Shown: piece after piece, positions 1 to 8,483 of the stretch | How positions within the stretch are numbered: position 1 is the stretch's first letter | Layout: each line of letters opens with the position of its first letter | NCBI GenBank assembly: GCA_050331295.1 | Contig: JBHJGZ010000009.1 | Span: forward strand, 279,950-343,949 | Source of the DNA: Myxococcota bacterium | Lineage (GTDB): Bacteria > Myxococcota > Kuafuiibacteriia > Kuafuiibacteriales > Kuafuiibacteriaceae | Direction: 5' to 3' | DNA: 64,000 bases | Notes under the pieces: generated by a model | The model's input: only the letters and a program-made list of their open reading frames with translations | Database searches by the model: none | Told to the model about the DNA's origin: nothing | Made by a program: the position numbers and the translations under genes

Positions 1-123
1 GAGCACGTGTCCATCCAGGAACAGCTGGGTGATGAGCTTGGACAAGTTCAGTCCGGAATCCTCCGTCTGCACGTGGAACACCCGCGCCTGATGGCGGACG
101 TTGTGATTGAAACCCGGGAGCAT
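1..123 (-). CDS. hypothetical protein, N-terminal fragment (gene runs off the left edge)
   Basis: Too short for the ORF track. The reverse complement of 1-123 reads ATG (123-121) MLPGFNHNVRHQARVFHVQTEDSGLNLSKLITQLFLDGHVL with no stop up to the window edge and mostly G/C third positions. It is divergent from the next gene. No family recognised. Confidence 0.3.
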   Translation of the reverse strand, partial: MLPGFNHNVRHQARVFHVQTEDSGLNLSKLITQLFLDGHVL

Positions 124-292
124 GGGGCTCCCCAGCAGGTTAGCGGCAAACATTTGTAGTTGCCAGAACCCCAAGCCGATGCGACCGTATGAAAGGACTG
201 CGGGGGTTTTCTGGGTGTCTAGGCACAGCTTGAGACGGCCATTTCCAGGTACAGAGCCCGCCCCGGAACACCGAGAGCTCCCGGCCCATCCC

Positions 293-865
293 ATGCCGGC
301 CGAGGCCCTCGAGGCTTCGGAGCGCGACCCCGCCGCGCCCATTGTATTGCTCCCGGTAGGACGTATCGACACGAGTCATTTCGAGTGCGTGAGGCGTCCG
401 CTCGCCGAGGTGTTCGGACGAAGCGTGGTAGTCGGACTTCGGCTCCCGGTCCCGAAGTATGCCTTCAATCCGACCCGGGGCCAGTATCACTCCGCCGCCA
501 TCATGAAGAGGGTCGAGGGAGCTCGGCAGGAGGATTGGGACGCCGCCATCGGGGTGTCCCGCGAGGACCTGTTCGTCCCGGAGGTTCCATTCGTGTTTGG
601 TGAGGCCGACCGTTCCACGCGCACGGCTCTGCTCAGTTTGGCCCGTCTGAAACCTGACTCCGGTTCACTCGAGGCCCGTGAAGAACTCTTGGAGCGACGC
701 TTGATCTCTGAGGCCATCCATCAGGTGGGGCTGCTCCGCGGACTGGCCCATTGTCCCAACAATCGATGCGTCATGTTTTACGCGGCGTCGGTGGCCGAGA
801 TCGACAAACGGGGCGCATCACTATGCGCAAACTGCAAGAAACGGCTGGTTGCGGTTTCGGGCTGA
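293..865 (+). CDS. archaemetzincin-like protein with degenerate HExxH (Cys4 site retained)
   Basis: Part of track ORF 107-865. ATG 293 is preferred because a start at 107 would overlap the divergent ORF starting at 123. The C-terminus SEAIHQVGLLRGLAHCPNNRCVMFYAASVAEIDKRGASLCANCKK fits the archaemetzincin signature HExxHxxGxxxCxxxxCxM...CxxC, except that HExxH reads HQVGL. Confidence 0.7.
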   Translation: MPAEALEASERDPAAPIVLLPVGRIDTSHFECVRRPLAEVFGRSVVVGLRLPVPKYAFNPTRGQYHSAAIMKRVEGARQEDWDAAIGVSREDLFVPEVPFVFGEADRSTRTALLSLARLKPDSGSLEAREELLERRLISEAIHQVGLLRGLAHCPNNRCVMFYAASVAEIDKRGASLCANCKKRLVAVSG

Positions 866-960
866 AGTTGTCCGTCCGCGCGGTTCGTCACCTGACTTTC
901 ACGCTTTCCTCTGCGATCCAACTGTCCTCGTGGTGAACAATCTGGTTAGGCTCCACGGTC

Positions 961-1854
961 ATGGCCGCGCCGGGACCGAAGAGACAGGCACTCGGTAAAG
1001 GGCTCGGCGCGCTGATTCCTCAAAAAAAGCCCGAGAGCCACGACTCGATTCCGAGGACCGGCGTCGTCGAGGTTTCCATCGAGGACGTCAAGCCCAACCA
1101 GTCTCAGCCGCGGAAGAGCTTCGACGATGATGCCCTCGACGAGCTCGCGGAAAGCGTCAGGCAGCACGGGCTGATGCAGCCCATTCTGGTTCGAAAGCAA
1201 GGAGCCATTTTCGAGATTATCGCGGGTGAGCGTCGATGGCGGGCGTGTCAGCGGGCGGGGCTGAAGCGTGTCGACGTGGTGGTCAAAGACCTCACCGATG
1301 ACGCATCTTTCGAGTGGGCCCTGATCGAGAACATCCAACGCGAAGATCTCAATCCGATCGAGGAGGCCGAAGCCTTCCGGCGTCTGCTCGACAGTGGGGG
1401 ACTCACGCAGGAGCAGTTGGCGATCAAGCTGAGCAAGGACCGGTCCACGATCGCCAACGCGCTCCGGCTGCTGAAGCTCCCCGACGAGGTGCGTCGGCAG
1501 GTGGTATCGGGTGCCTTGTCCATGGGCCATGCGAGGGCCTTGTTGGCGCTGGAATCGGAGGACGCCATGGTGCGCATGGGTCGCGAGGCGGTCAGCAAGG
1601 GGCTGTCGGTCAGGGAGGTGGAAAAGCGGGTCCGAGGGACAAAATCTGCAAAGGTCAGCGGTACAACCGACTTCGACCCGTTCGAAGCCCTTCCTGGCGG
1701 GGCGGCGGCGGTCAAGCGGACCCAGGAATCGCTTCGGCGTACTCTGGGGACGAAGGTGCGCATTACCGCAAACGGACGGCGCGGCAAGATTGAGATCGAC
1801 TTCGCGAGCCCAGACGAGCTGAACCGCTTGATCGAGTTTCTCATGGAGCACTAA
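961..1854 (+). CDS. parB: chromosome partitioning protein ParB
   Basis: 297 aa. GLGALIP, VKPNQSQPRKSFDDDALDELAESVRQHGLMQPILVRK and IIAGERRWRACQRAGL (ParB box/GERRxR), followed by an HTH region (TQEQLAIKLSKDRSTIANALRLLKLP). Confidence 0.95.
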   Translation: MAAPGPKRQALGKGLGALIPQKKPESHDSIPRTGVVEVSIEDVKPNQSQPRKSFDDDALDELAESVRQHGLMQPILVRKQGAIFEIIAGERRWRACQRAGLKRVDVVVKDLTDDASFEWALIENIQREDLNPIEEAEAFRRLLDSGGLTQEQLAIKLSKDRSTIANALRLLKLPDEVRRQVVSGALSMGHARALLALESEDAMVRMGREAVSKGLSVREVEKRVRGTKSAKVSGTTDFDPFEALPGGAAAVKRTQESLRRTLGTKVRITANGRRGKIEIDFASPDELNRLIEFLMEH

Positions 1855-1903
1855 CGTTTTGGGGGTGTTACCCAGGTCCGTCCCACATTAGGCTGGCAGC
1901 CAC

Positions 1904-2344
1904 ATGGCAGTACTCGGAAAGCGCGAAGAAGCGCCGGTTGCCCGCATCAACCCTGCAGACGCTCACACCATTCTCGGCCGCGAAGCTCGTTTCAATGGCA
2001 AACTGACCTTCTCTGGAGCCGTGAGGATCGACGGCCGATTCGATGGAGAGATCGAGACCGATGACCTCTTGTTGGTCGGACCGGGGGCCGAAGTCAAAGC
2101 AACCCTGGTGGTGGGAAGTGTCGTGATCAACGGAACCGTCGAAGGCGATGTGATCGCGAAGTCTTCCGTCGAGATAAAGGCGCCCGGTCGCCTGAAGGGA
2201 AATGTCACGACGCCCACGCTGATCATCGAGAAGGGCGTGACCTTCGACGGTTCATGCAAGATGAGCGACGTGGGACCTCAGCCGGGAAACGGAAAGAAGG
2301 GTCCAGCTCCCCTTCCATCGCCGGGTTCGAATCCCGGGGGATGA
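1904..2344 (+). CDS. bactofilin (DUF583 polymer-forming cytoskeletal protein)
   Basis: 146 aa. Beta-helical repeat core ILGREARFNGKLTFSGAVRIDGRFDGEIETDDLLLVGPGAEVKATLVVGSVVINGTVEGDVIAKSSVEIKAPGRLKGNVTTPTLIIEKGVTFDGSCKM with a Pro/Gly-rich tail. Starts 49 nt after parB. Confidence 0.9.
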   Translation: MAVLGKREEAPVARINPADAHTILGREARFNGKLTFSGAVRIDGRFDGEIETDDLLLVGPGAEVKATLVVGSVVINGTVEGDVIAKSSVEIKAPGRLKGNVTTPTLIIEKGVTFDGSCKMSDVGPQPGNGKKGPAPLPSPGSNPGG

Positions 2345-3108
2345 GCCGGCGCAAGGACGCCAATCCTTTCAGCGCGGTTGCCGATGCTTATCGGTCTTCG
2401 AGACCAGAGTACCCATCGGCCCTGTTCGAAGACCTCGCCGAGCGGTGTGCCCGCCGGGAACTCGCCTGGGAAGCTGGATGCGGTAGCGGACAGGCAACGA
2501 TCTCGCTCGCTCGACGTTTCCAGGAGGTCTACGCGAACGATGTCAGTGACGAGGCGGTGAGCCGTGCTCCCCGACATCCTCGGGTTCGATATGTCGTCGG
2601 AGCCGCCGAGAAGACGCGGCTGAAGCCACATACGGTCGACTGTGTTCTCGCGGCGCAGGCCGCCCACTGGTTCGACCGAGCGGCTTTCTATTCGGAAGTC
2701 AGGAGGGTCGGCCGACCCGGTGCCGTCATTGCGTTGGTCGGATACGGTCTGTTGAGGATTGAGCCATCCGTGGACCAGGTGGTGGACTGGTTCTACAGCG
2801 ACCTCTTGGGCGCGTATTGGCCGACAGGTCGGCTCTCGGTGGATGCAGAGTATGGCGACTTCGAGTTTCCATTCGAAGAGATGACCGGACCTGAGCTGGT
2901 CATCGTGCGGGTTTGGGAACGCCAACAGCTCGTCGATTTCTTGTCCACCTGGTCAGCCGTGGTCCGCTATGGCGAGCTTACGGGTACCAGCGCTCTCGAG
3001 CCTCTCTTACCGCGCCTCGCGGTCACATGGCCGGATCCGGAGGAGTGCCGGACGGTCACGTGGCGAGTCTTCGGTCGCTACGGGCGGCTTTCCAACCAGG
3101 CTCGGTGA
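2341..3108 (+). CDS. class I SAM-dependent methyltransferase (type 11-like)
   Basis: Track ORF 2254-3108. ATG 2341 overlaps the bactofilin stop (ATGA). SAM motif I LAWEAGCGSGQATISLA. Post-motif region VDCVLAAQAAHWFD and GAVIALVGYG. Confidence 0.8.
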   Translation: MSRRKDANPFSAVADAYRSSRPEYPSALFEDLAERCARRELAWEAGCGSGQATISLARRFQEVYANDVSDEAVSRAPRHPRVRYVVGAAEKTRLKPHTVDCVLAAQAAHWFDRAAFYSEVRRVGRPGAVIALVGYGLLRIEPSVDQVVDWFYSDLLGAYWPTGRLSVDAEYGDFEFPFEEMTGPELVIVRVWERQQLVDFLSTWSAVVRYGELTGTSALEPLLPRLAVTWPDPEECRTVTWRVFGRYGRLSNQAR

Positions 3109-3160
3109 CGGAGGATCCGGAGCCAGCCGAAAGACCCTTGGCACCCAGGCGCGCGTTGCG

Positions 3161-3928
3161 GTGTGGTATCACGTGGTGCAAGCTCTCGACCGGACGGCCC
3201 TCGAAAGGCTCGAGACCGACGGCTACGTTGTGTTGCCGGGTGCGGTGCCTCGTCACCTGCGGGAGCCGGCGGTGCGTCGCATCGACAGATGGATCGCGCA
3301 CGATATGGAGCCGTCGCACATGCCGACTTATCTGGCCCAGTCGGCGTGCCCGGAGGAACGCGAGCACCCGGACTTCCTCCGGGTGTTCGACCAGTCGCGG
3401 CTTCGAACCGTGGTTTCGAACCTGCTCGGGCCCATCGGTCCCGTCCGTCGATGTCAGATCGCGCTTCGATTTCCCGAGTCGGACCGGATGGATGACCGGA
3501 ACGCCGTCGCGTCGTCGCTCACGCCTCATCTGGACGGACTGCCCACTCCACTCAATGGTGTCTCGGATGGAAGCATTCACCATTTTGCACTGCTCGTCGG
3601 CATTTATCTCGAAGACGTGCCCAAACCGTGGTGTGGAAACCTCGCCGTATGGCCCGGCTCGCACTGGAAGTATGCCGATTGTCTTCGCCGACGGGGACCG
3701 AAGAGTCTTTTGCTCGGTCTTCCGTCGATTCAGCTGGGGCCGCCCCGCCAGCTGAAAGGCGCGGCGGGGGATGCTTTCCTTTGTCACTATCTGCTGGGCC
3801 ACTCGGCAGCCCCGAACCTGTCACCGCGGATTCGGTACGCCCTGTACTTTCGGATCCGCCACCCTCAGCATCAACGACTGGGCTTGGGTCCACTCGTTGA
3901 TCCGTGGATGGCATGGAATTTCGCTTAG
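3161..3928 (+). CDS. phytanoyl-CoA dioxygenase (PhyH)-family Fe(II)/2-oxoglutarate oxygenase
   Basis: Track ORF 2969-3928. GTG 3161 is the first usable start after the upstream stop. N-terminus LETDGYVVLPGAV, HxD triad element TPHLDG, distal His in LLGHSAAPN, and RIRYALYFRI. Start uncertain. Confidence 0.65.
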   Translation: MWYHVVQALDRTALERLETDGYVVLPGAVPRHLREPAVRRIDRWIAHDMEPSHMPTYLAQSACPEEREHPDFLRVFDQSRLRTVVSNLLGPIGPVRRCQIALRFPESDRMDDRNAVASSLTPHLDGLPTPLNGVSDGSIHHFALLVGIYLEDVPKPWCGNLAVWPGSHWKYADCLRRRGPKSLLLGLPSIQLGPPRQLKGAAGDAFLCHYLLGHSAAPNLSPRIRYALYFRIRHPQHQRLGLGPLVDPWMAWNFA

Positions 3929-4034
3929 AGATGTCTCGAACCAGGGGCGCGTACTTCTGGGGACGTCCTGACCATTCCGTACCACCCGCTGACCGCCGGC
4001 TGACGCATGCCTCGAGGTTCGCTAGACAGCGGGC

Positions 4035-5891
4035 ATGAGGGTCACAGGAAGAGTTCGGGTCCATGCGCGCGGCTTTGGGTTCGTGGAGTACGAGACGGAT
4101 GAGGGCACCCGATCTGCCTTCATCGATCCGCCGTCACTCAACGCGTTCTTGCATGGAGACCGCGTTGAAGCCGATATCGTTCGCACCGGGAAGAATCGCT
4201 TCAACGCAAAGGACATCGAATTCGTAGGGAGGAATCGTCAGACCCTGTTCGGTCGGGTGGTGGAACGGGACGGCAACATCTATCTTCGCCCCGACCGTCT
4301 GATCGCCAATACCGACTGGCCGTTCAGAGATTCTGGCGGTCTATCGGCCCGGGACGCGGTGGGGCGGCAAGCCATAGGGAGCATCGATGGCCGACGGCTC
4401 GTTCTGCTCCGCGTGGTTACGGAAGCAGAAGCTGCGCTCGAGCGTGTCCGCGCTCGGTATGGGATCCGGTCCGAGTTTCCGGATGACCTCCTGGACCCAC
4501 TTCCAGAGGTCGACCTTCTCGGTGAGGGAGACCGACGGGATCTCAGGGATCTCGTGACAGTGACCATCGACGCTCCGAGTTCCATGGACCTGGACGACGC
4601 CTTGTCCGCGCTTGCGGCCGACCACACCGGGGCGATACGGCTGTTCGTTTCCATCGCGGACGTGGACGCCCATGTTCCGCTCGGCAGCGCCCTCGACCAG
4701 GAAGCCCGACGGAGAGGGACCAGCGTTTATCTTGCGGGCGGCATGACTCCGATGCTTCCGCGGGCCCTGAGCGAGGACCGCTGTTCTCTGCTTCCGGGCC
4801 GAGAGCGGGCAGCCTTGACCGTCGAGTTGCGGGTCGATGTCGAAGGGAGGATTCGTTCGACCGACATCTACAAGAGCGTCATCCGTTCCGATCAGCGCCT
4901 TTCTTATGAAGAGGTGGCGGCTTCCTTCAACTCCGAAGGACATTGTGAACTGCAGCCCCAGATCACCGAAACCCTCGCCTGGCTGAGGGCGGCTGCGAGC
5001 CGCATTGGCGCGACTCGGGTTGCCCGCGGTGGGGTCAAGATTCTGCGGCACGAAGCATACATCTCCGTGGATGACGCGGGCGAACCTACGGAAATTCGAG
5101 AGCGCACCGAGAACCACGCCCATGAACTGGTCGAGCGGTTGATGGTGGCCGCCAATGAAGCGGTGGCCCAATGGCTCGAAGGACGCGGGACGCCCGCGGT
5201 CTTTCGAGTGCACCCAGCGCCCTCGGAGCGCCAGATTTCCTCTCTCGAGCAGTCCGCAGAACGACTCGGGCTTCGTCCTGGCTTCGGTACCGCCTTGACG
5301 CCGAAGGCCCTCGCAGCCTTCGAACATCAATATGTTGGGCTCCCCTCGGCCCGCGCCATGGATTCCATTCTGACCAAGATCCTCGGTCCGGCCGTCTATC
5401 AGACTGAGGTGGACCAGCATTTTGGCTTGGGTTCTTCCATGTACCTGCACTTCACGTCGCCGATCCGAAGATACGCAGACCTGGCCGTGCATCGAACCGT
5501 GAAGATGTACCTGGAAGGGCAGCGCTCGTTCGGTGCTCGCGAGCAGGATCTCGCTCAGCTATCGGAGGCGCTCAACGACCTCACCCGTCGGGCCAGCAAG
5601 GCGGAGACGGAATGGCAACGCATGCTGGCCGCGCGGCACTTCAAGGACCGAGCTGGTGAGCGGTTCGAAGGACGCGTCGTAGCGGTGAAGACGTTTGGAT
5701 TGGTGGTCTATCTGTTCGGGACGGGGGTCACGGGAACCGTCCCGTCGGACACCCTACCGGACGGAGCGGAATACAAGGGCAATCGATTCGAATGGCCGGA
5801 TGGTCGGGTCCGGATTGGTGAGCGCCTTCAAGTTCGAGTCGAAAGGGCGGACGAAGAGCTGGGTCGTATCGAACTCTCTACCGCCTTCTAA
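4035..5891 (+). CDS. rnr: ribonuclease R / RNase II family 3'-5' exoribonuclease
   Basis: 618 aa. Cold-shock-like N-terminus VTGRVRVHARGFGFVEYE, RNB catalytic region VTIDAPSSMDLDDALS and FTSPIRRYADLAVHR, and a C-terminal S1 domain FEGRVVAVKTFGLVVYL. Shorter than E. coli RNase R. Confidence 0.9.
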   Translation: MRVTGRVRVHARGFGFVEYETDEGTRSAFIDPPSLNAFLHGDRVEADIVRTGKNRFNAKDIEFVGRNRQTLFGRVVERDGNIYLRPDRLIANTDWPFRDSGGLSARDAVGRQAIGSIDGRRLVLLRVVTEAEAALERVRARYGIRSEFPDDLLDPLPEVDLLGEGDRRDLRDLVTVTIDAPSSMDLDDALSALAADHTGAIRLFVSIADVDAHVPLGSALDQEARRRGTSVYLAGGMTPMLPRALSEDRCSLLPGRERAALTVELRVDVEGRIRSTDIYKSVIRSDQRLSYEEVAASFNSEGHCELQPQITETLAWLRAAASRIGATRVARGGVKILRHEAYISVDDAGEPTEIRERTENHAHELVERLMVAANEAVAQWLEGRGTPAVFRVHPAPSERQISSLEQSAERLGLRPGFGTALTPKALAAFEHQYVGLPSARAMDSILTKILGPAVYQTEVDQHFGLGSSMYLHFTSPIRRYADLAVHRTVKMYLEGQRSFGAREQDLAQLSEALNDLTRRASKAETEWQRMLAARHFKDRAGERFEGRVVAVKTFGLVVYLFGTGVTGTVPSDTLPDGAEYKGNRFEWPDGRVRIGERLQVRVERADEELGRIELSTAF

Positions 5892-6031
5892 ACTCCGGTC
5901 CGGTGGCTCAGGCGTCGGAAAGCGTCATCCGGCTGGGTGTGTCCGCTTGGCGCTGGGGACACCACTGGTCGCTGGAAACCTCTCGCCGCACGAAGGCCGC
6001 GTGTTCGACCGACAGATTCGGTGGATGGGTA

Positions 6032-6652
6032 CTAGGTGAGGGTGGTCGGAGCTTGGGGCCATAGGCGTCGAAGTTCGGTTCGAGCGAGACCATGGGCGTT
6101 GGGCAGCTCGGCCGGGGCAGGAAGTTGGAGACACCATTCCGGCGCTGGCCCGAGCACCAGCTGGCGCATCCACAATTCGCCTCCCGCTCGATCGATAATC
6201 GGCCGGAGTGCGGTGATGAAGGCTTCGGCGTCGAGACCTCTCGGTTTGTGAAACCAGTGGGCAAACCTTGCCTCGGTCGACCTGCTTCCGTGCCGAAGAC
6301 GATAGAGTCCGCCCGCGCCGGCAGCCATCGCTGCGGCGGCCTGGTCATGGTGTACTCTTCTGCCTCGGGTGACGGCACCGACGTTGAGAGCGCCAAGGGC
6401 GGTGAAGTCTTCGATCAGGTACCAGTCTTCATAGCAGGTGATCGGTCGAGACCATGGACGAGGCGTAGCCGCATAAGACCGGGATCCGATGAACCCTGAT
6501 GGCGGGTCAGATCGTAAGGCCTGATGAAAGCTTACTTGCGCTTCTTCGTAGGAGTCACGGTCCGTATCCTCCGACGGCCAATGCCAAAACACATAGGCCA
6601 GAGGGCGGAGGCGGCCGTCCCAAGACGGGTTCTCGGGGATGGGAGAGCTCAA
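6032..6652 (-). CDS. hypothetical protein (possible tandem dimeric alpha/beta-barrel-like halves)
   Basis: 206 aa with a TTG start at 6652 (alternative GTG near 6592). Same strand as the photolyase and 93 nt downstream of it. Two similar segments: AYVFWHWPSEDTDRDSYEEAQVSFHQAL and FAHWFHKPRGLDAEAFITALRPII. No family recognised. Confidence 0.5.
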   Translation of the reverse strand: MSSPIPENPSWDGRLRPLAYVFWHWPSEDTDRDSYEEAQVSFHQALRSDPPSGFIGSRSYAATPRPWSRPITCYEDWYLIEDFTALGALNVGAVTRGRRVHHDQAAAAMAAGAGGLYRLRHGSRSTEARFAHWFHKPRGLDAEAFITALRPIIDRAGGELWMRQLVLGPAPEWCLQLPAPAELPNAHGLARTELRRLWPQAPTTLT

Positions 6653-6745
6653 ACCGTCATTCCCTCTTCAAACACGCATCACCGAGAGTGGCTGATCGCT
6701 CCGGTCGGGCACCGGGTCAAGGCATCGTTTGGGGATGAGGTCGGT

Positions 6746-8338
6746 CTAGGCGCGACCACGTCGGTGTCCGCGGGCCGCGCCGGGGCGCCCGCGACCGAAG
6801 GGGCTCGGGCGTCGGCTCCCGTGCCGCTCCACCACCGCGGCGGTCCTTCCTTCCCGATGCGCCTCTTGCTTCATCCTTTCCAGTCTGGTGCGGGCTTGAA
6901 GATAAGCCCGGCGAGGGTCGACCAAGGGGGCCGGGTAGTCGCGACCTATTAGGCAGCCCGTCTTGCACTGCAGGTCATGGCTCATATTGTGCGGCTCTGC
7001 GAGATGCTCGGGTGGGACGCCGGAGAGTTCCGGGACGTAGCGGTGGATGAAACTCCCGTCCGGATCTTGTTCTCGGGCTTGTTTGGCCGGAGAATAAATT
7101 CGGGTCGTGTTCATGCCCGTTGTCCCGGACTGCATTTGAAACTGGGAGTAATGAATCCCGGGCTCGTAGTCCAAGAAGTGTTGGGCCAGGAATGCGGCCG
7201 CTGGCCGCCAGTGCAGCCACAGCTGGTGGCTCACGAAGCTCACCAGCATCGCCCTCATTCTGAAGTTCATCCAACCGGTTTGATGGAGACACCGCATGGC
7301 GGCGTCCACCATCGGAAATCCCGTTCGTCCCGCACACCAGGCGTCGAAATGGCGCTTCTGGTCGGGTGTCCATGACTCGGGGTCCTCGACGCGAAGACCG
7401 TCGTAGCTTCGATTCATGTTTTCGGATTCGATGGTGGGTTCATCCTCCAACTTTTGAATGAAGTGGCAGTGCCACCGAAGTCGGCTTTCGAAACTCTCCA
7501 GGGCGTCGGTCCAGTTCGAAGACCGACGGCGCACCCGTTCTTTCCGGAGTCGAAGCTGAGTCTCTTGATACACGTGCCTCATGCTCACGTTGCCGAAGGC
7601 CAGATATGGGCTCAGTCGGGAACATCCCTCCCAGGCTGTGACCGGACTCGACATATTCGCCGGGTAATGGGCCCCCCGCTCCGACAAGAAGGAATCGAGC
7701 ACGCTCAAGGCTTGTGATTCTCCGCCTGTCTGCGCCTCCTTGCGGGACGGGCCACAACCCAGGTCGTGCAGCGTCGGCACCGCATGGCCGCATCGGTGAA
7801 CCCCATTTCGATCCCTGGCATCTGGGGAGGTGAAGGCGAAGCGGGACGGCGGCGGCACGCGTTCGGGAGCGCCTCGAATGGGCCTCGTCATCCGCTCGGT
7901 CCAGGTCTGCGCCCATCGTTTTCGATGGTCACGTTGACCTCGGATCACGCCAAACTGCGGGAGCTCAATCCATTCGACGCCGCGCAGACGGCACCACTCC
8001 CGCACGCGAAGATCCCGCGCGTAGCTTCGGGCGTCCCCGGTCTCCTCGTGGCTCCAAAGGCGCTCGAAGCGGTGTTGCTCATGGAGTCGGTCGAGAAGAT
8101 CAGGGAACTCGCCTACGGCGACCACCAGGATCCCGCCGGCGGCCTCGAAGCCGCTTCGGAGTTCCGAAAGGGATTCGACCAGAAAGCGGACGTGCGACGC
8201 ATCGGTGGTCGGGGCATGAAGCCAACTCGGTTCGATGACGAAGAAGCCCAGGGTCGGCCCCGCCTGAATCGCACGGGTGAGGGGTTCGTGGTCCCGGAGG
8301 CGAAGGTCGCGCTTGAACCAGACAACCTGGGTGCCCAT
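6746..8338 (-). CDS. cryptochrome/photolyase family protein (FAD-binding)
   Basis: Track ORF 6746-8587. ATG 8338 (MGTQVVWFKRDLRLRDHEPL) matches the usual photolyase N-terminus. FAD domain RTGFPMVDAAMRCLHQTGWMNFRMRAMLVSF and IYSPAKQAREQDPDGSFIHRYVPEL. Subclass not resolved. Confidence 0.85.
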   Translation of the reverse strand: MGTQVVWFKRDLRLRDHEPLTRAIQAGPTLGFFVIEPSWLHAPTTDASHVRFLVESLSELRSGFEAAGGILVVAVGEFPDLLDRLHEQHRFERLWSHEETGDARSYARDLRVREWCRLRGVEWIELPQFGVIRGQRDHRKRWAQTWTERMTRPIRGAPERVPPPSRFAFTSPDARDRNGVHRCGHAVPTLHDLGCGPSRKEAQTGGESQALSVLDSFLSERGAHYPANMSSPVTAWEGCSRLSPYLAFGNVSMRHVYQETQLRLRKERVRRRSSNWTDALESFESRLRWHCHFIQKLEDEPTIESENMNRSYDGLRVEDPESWTPDQKRHFDAWCAGRTGFPMVDAAMRCLHQTGWMNFRMRAMLVSFVSHQLWLHWRPAAAFLAQHFLDYEPGIHYSQFQMQSGTTGMNTTRIYSPAKQAREQDPDGSFIHRYVPELSGVPPEHLAEPHNMSHDLQCKTGCLIGRDYPAPLVDPRRAYLQARTRLERMKQEAHREGRTAAVVERHGSRRPSPFGRGRPGAARGHRRGRA

Positions 8339-8483
8339 GAACCCAGCGAACCGGTCTTGGTGCCGCTCCTGAAGCAAAAGCGAGCGATCGACGGCCAGAA
8401 TTCGGCCGTCAACGGGGCAGAGGGGAGTTCTTGGGCGAAGCGCCCCTTTTCTCGCGCTCGAAGCCCGTGGTAGCCCTTGGCGC

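Noticed and set aside
65-80. parS-like sequence gtctgcacgtggaaca near parB
   Set aside because: Only one half-site matches the tGTTNCACGTGAAACa / TGTTCCACGTGGAACA consensus (12 of 16 by my count, with all four mismatches in the left arm). It also lies inside a coding region. The other CACGTG cores I checked (about 3174, 9194, 18344, 31164) match worse.
946-1851. 301-aa antisense ORF opposite parB, and similar long antisense ORFs (4341-5492 vs rnr, 32705-33841 vs polA, 37528-38412 vs mutY, 54059-55018 vs speA, 59526-60557 vs rplC, 62664-63485 vs gcvT, 41588-42421 vs protease A)
   Set aside because: They are typical stop-poor antisense frames of GC-rich DNA. Each overlaps a gene with unambiguous family motifs and has an Arg/Pro/Gly-rich composition with no motifs.
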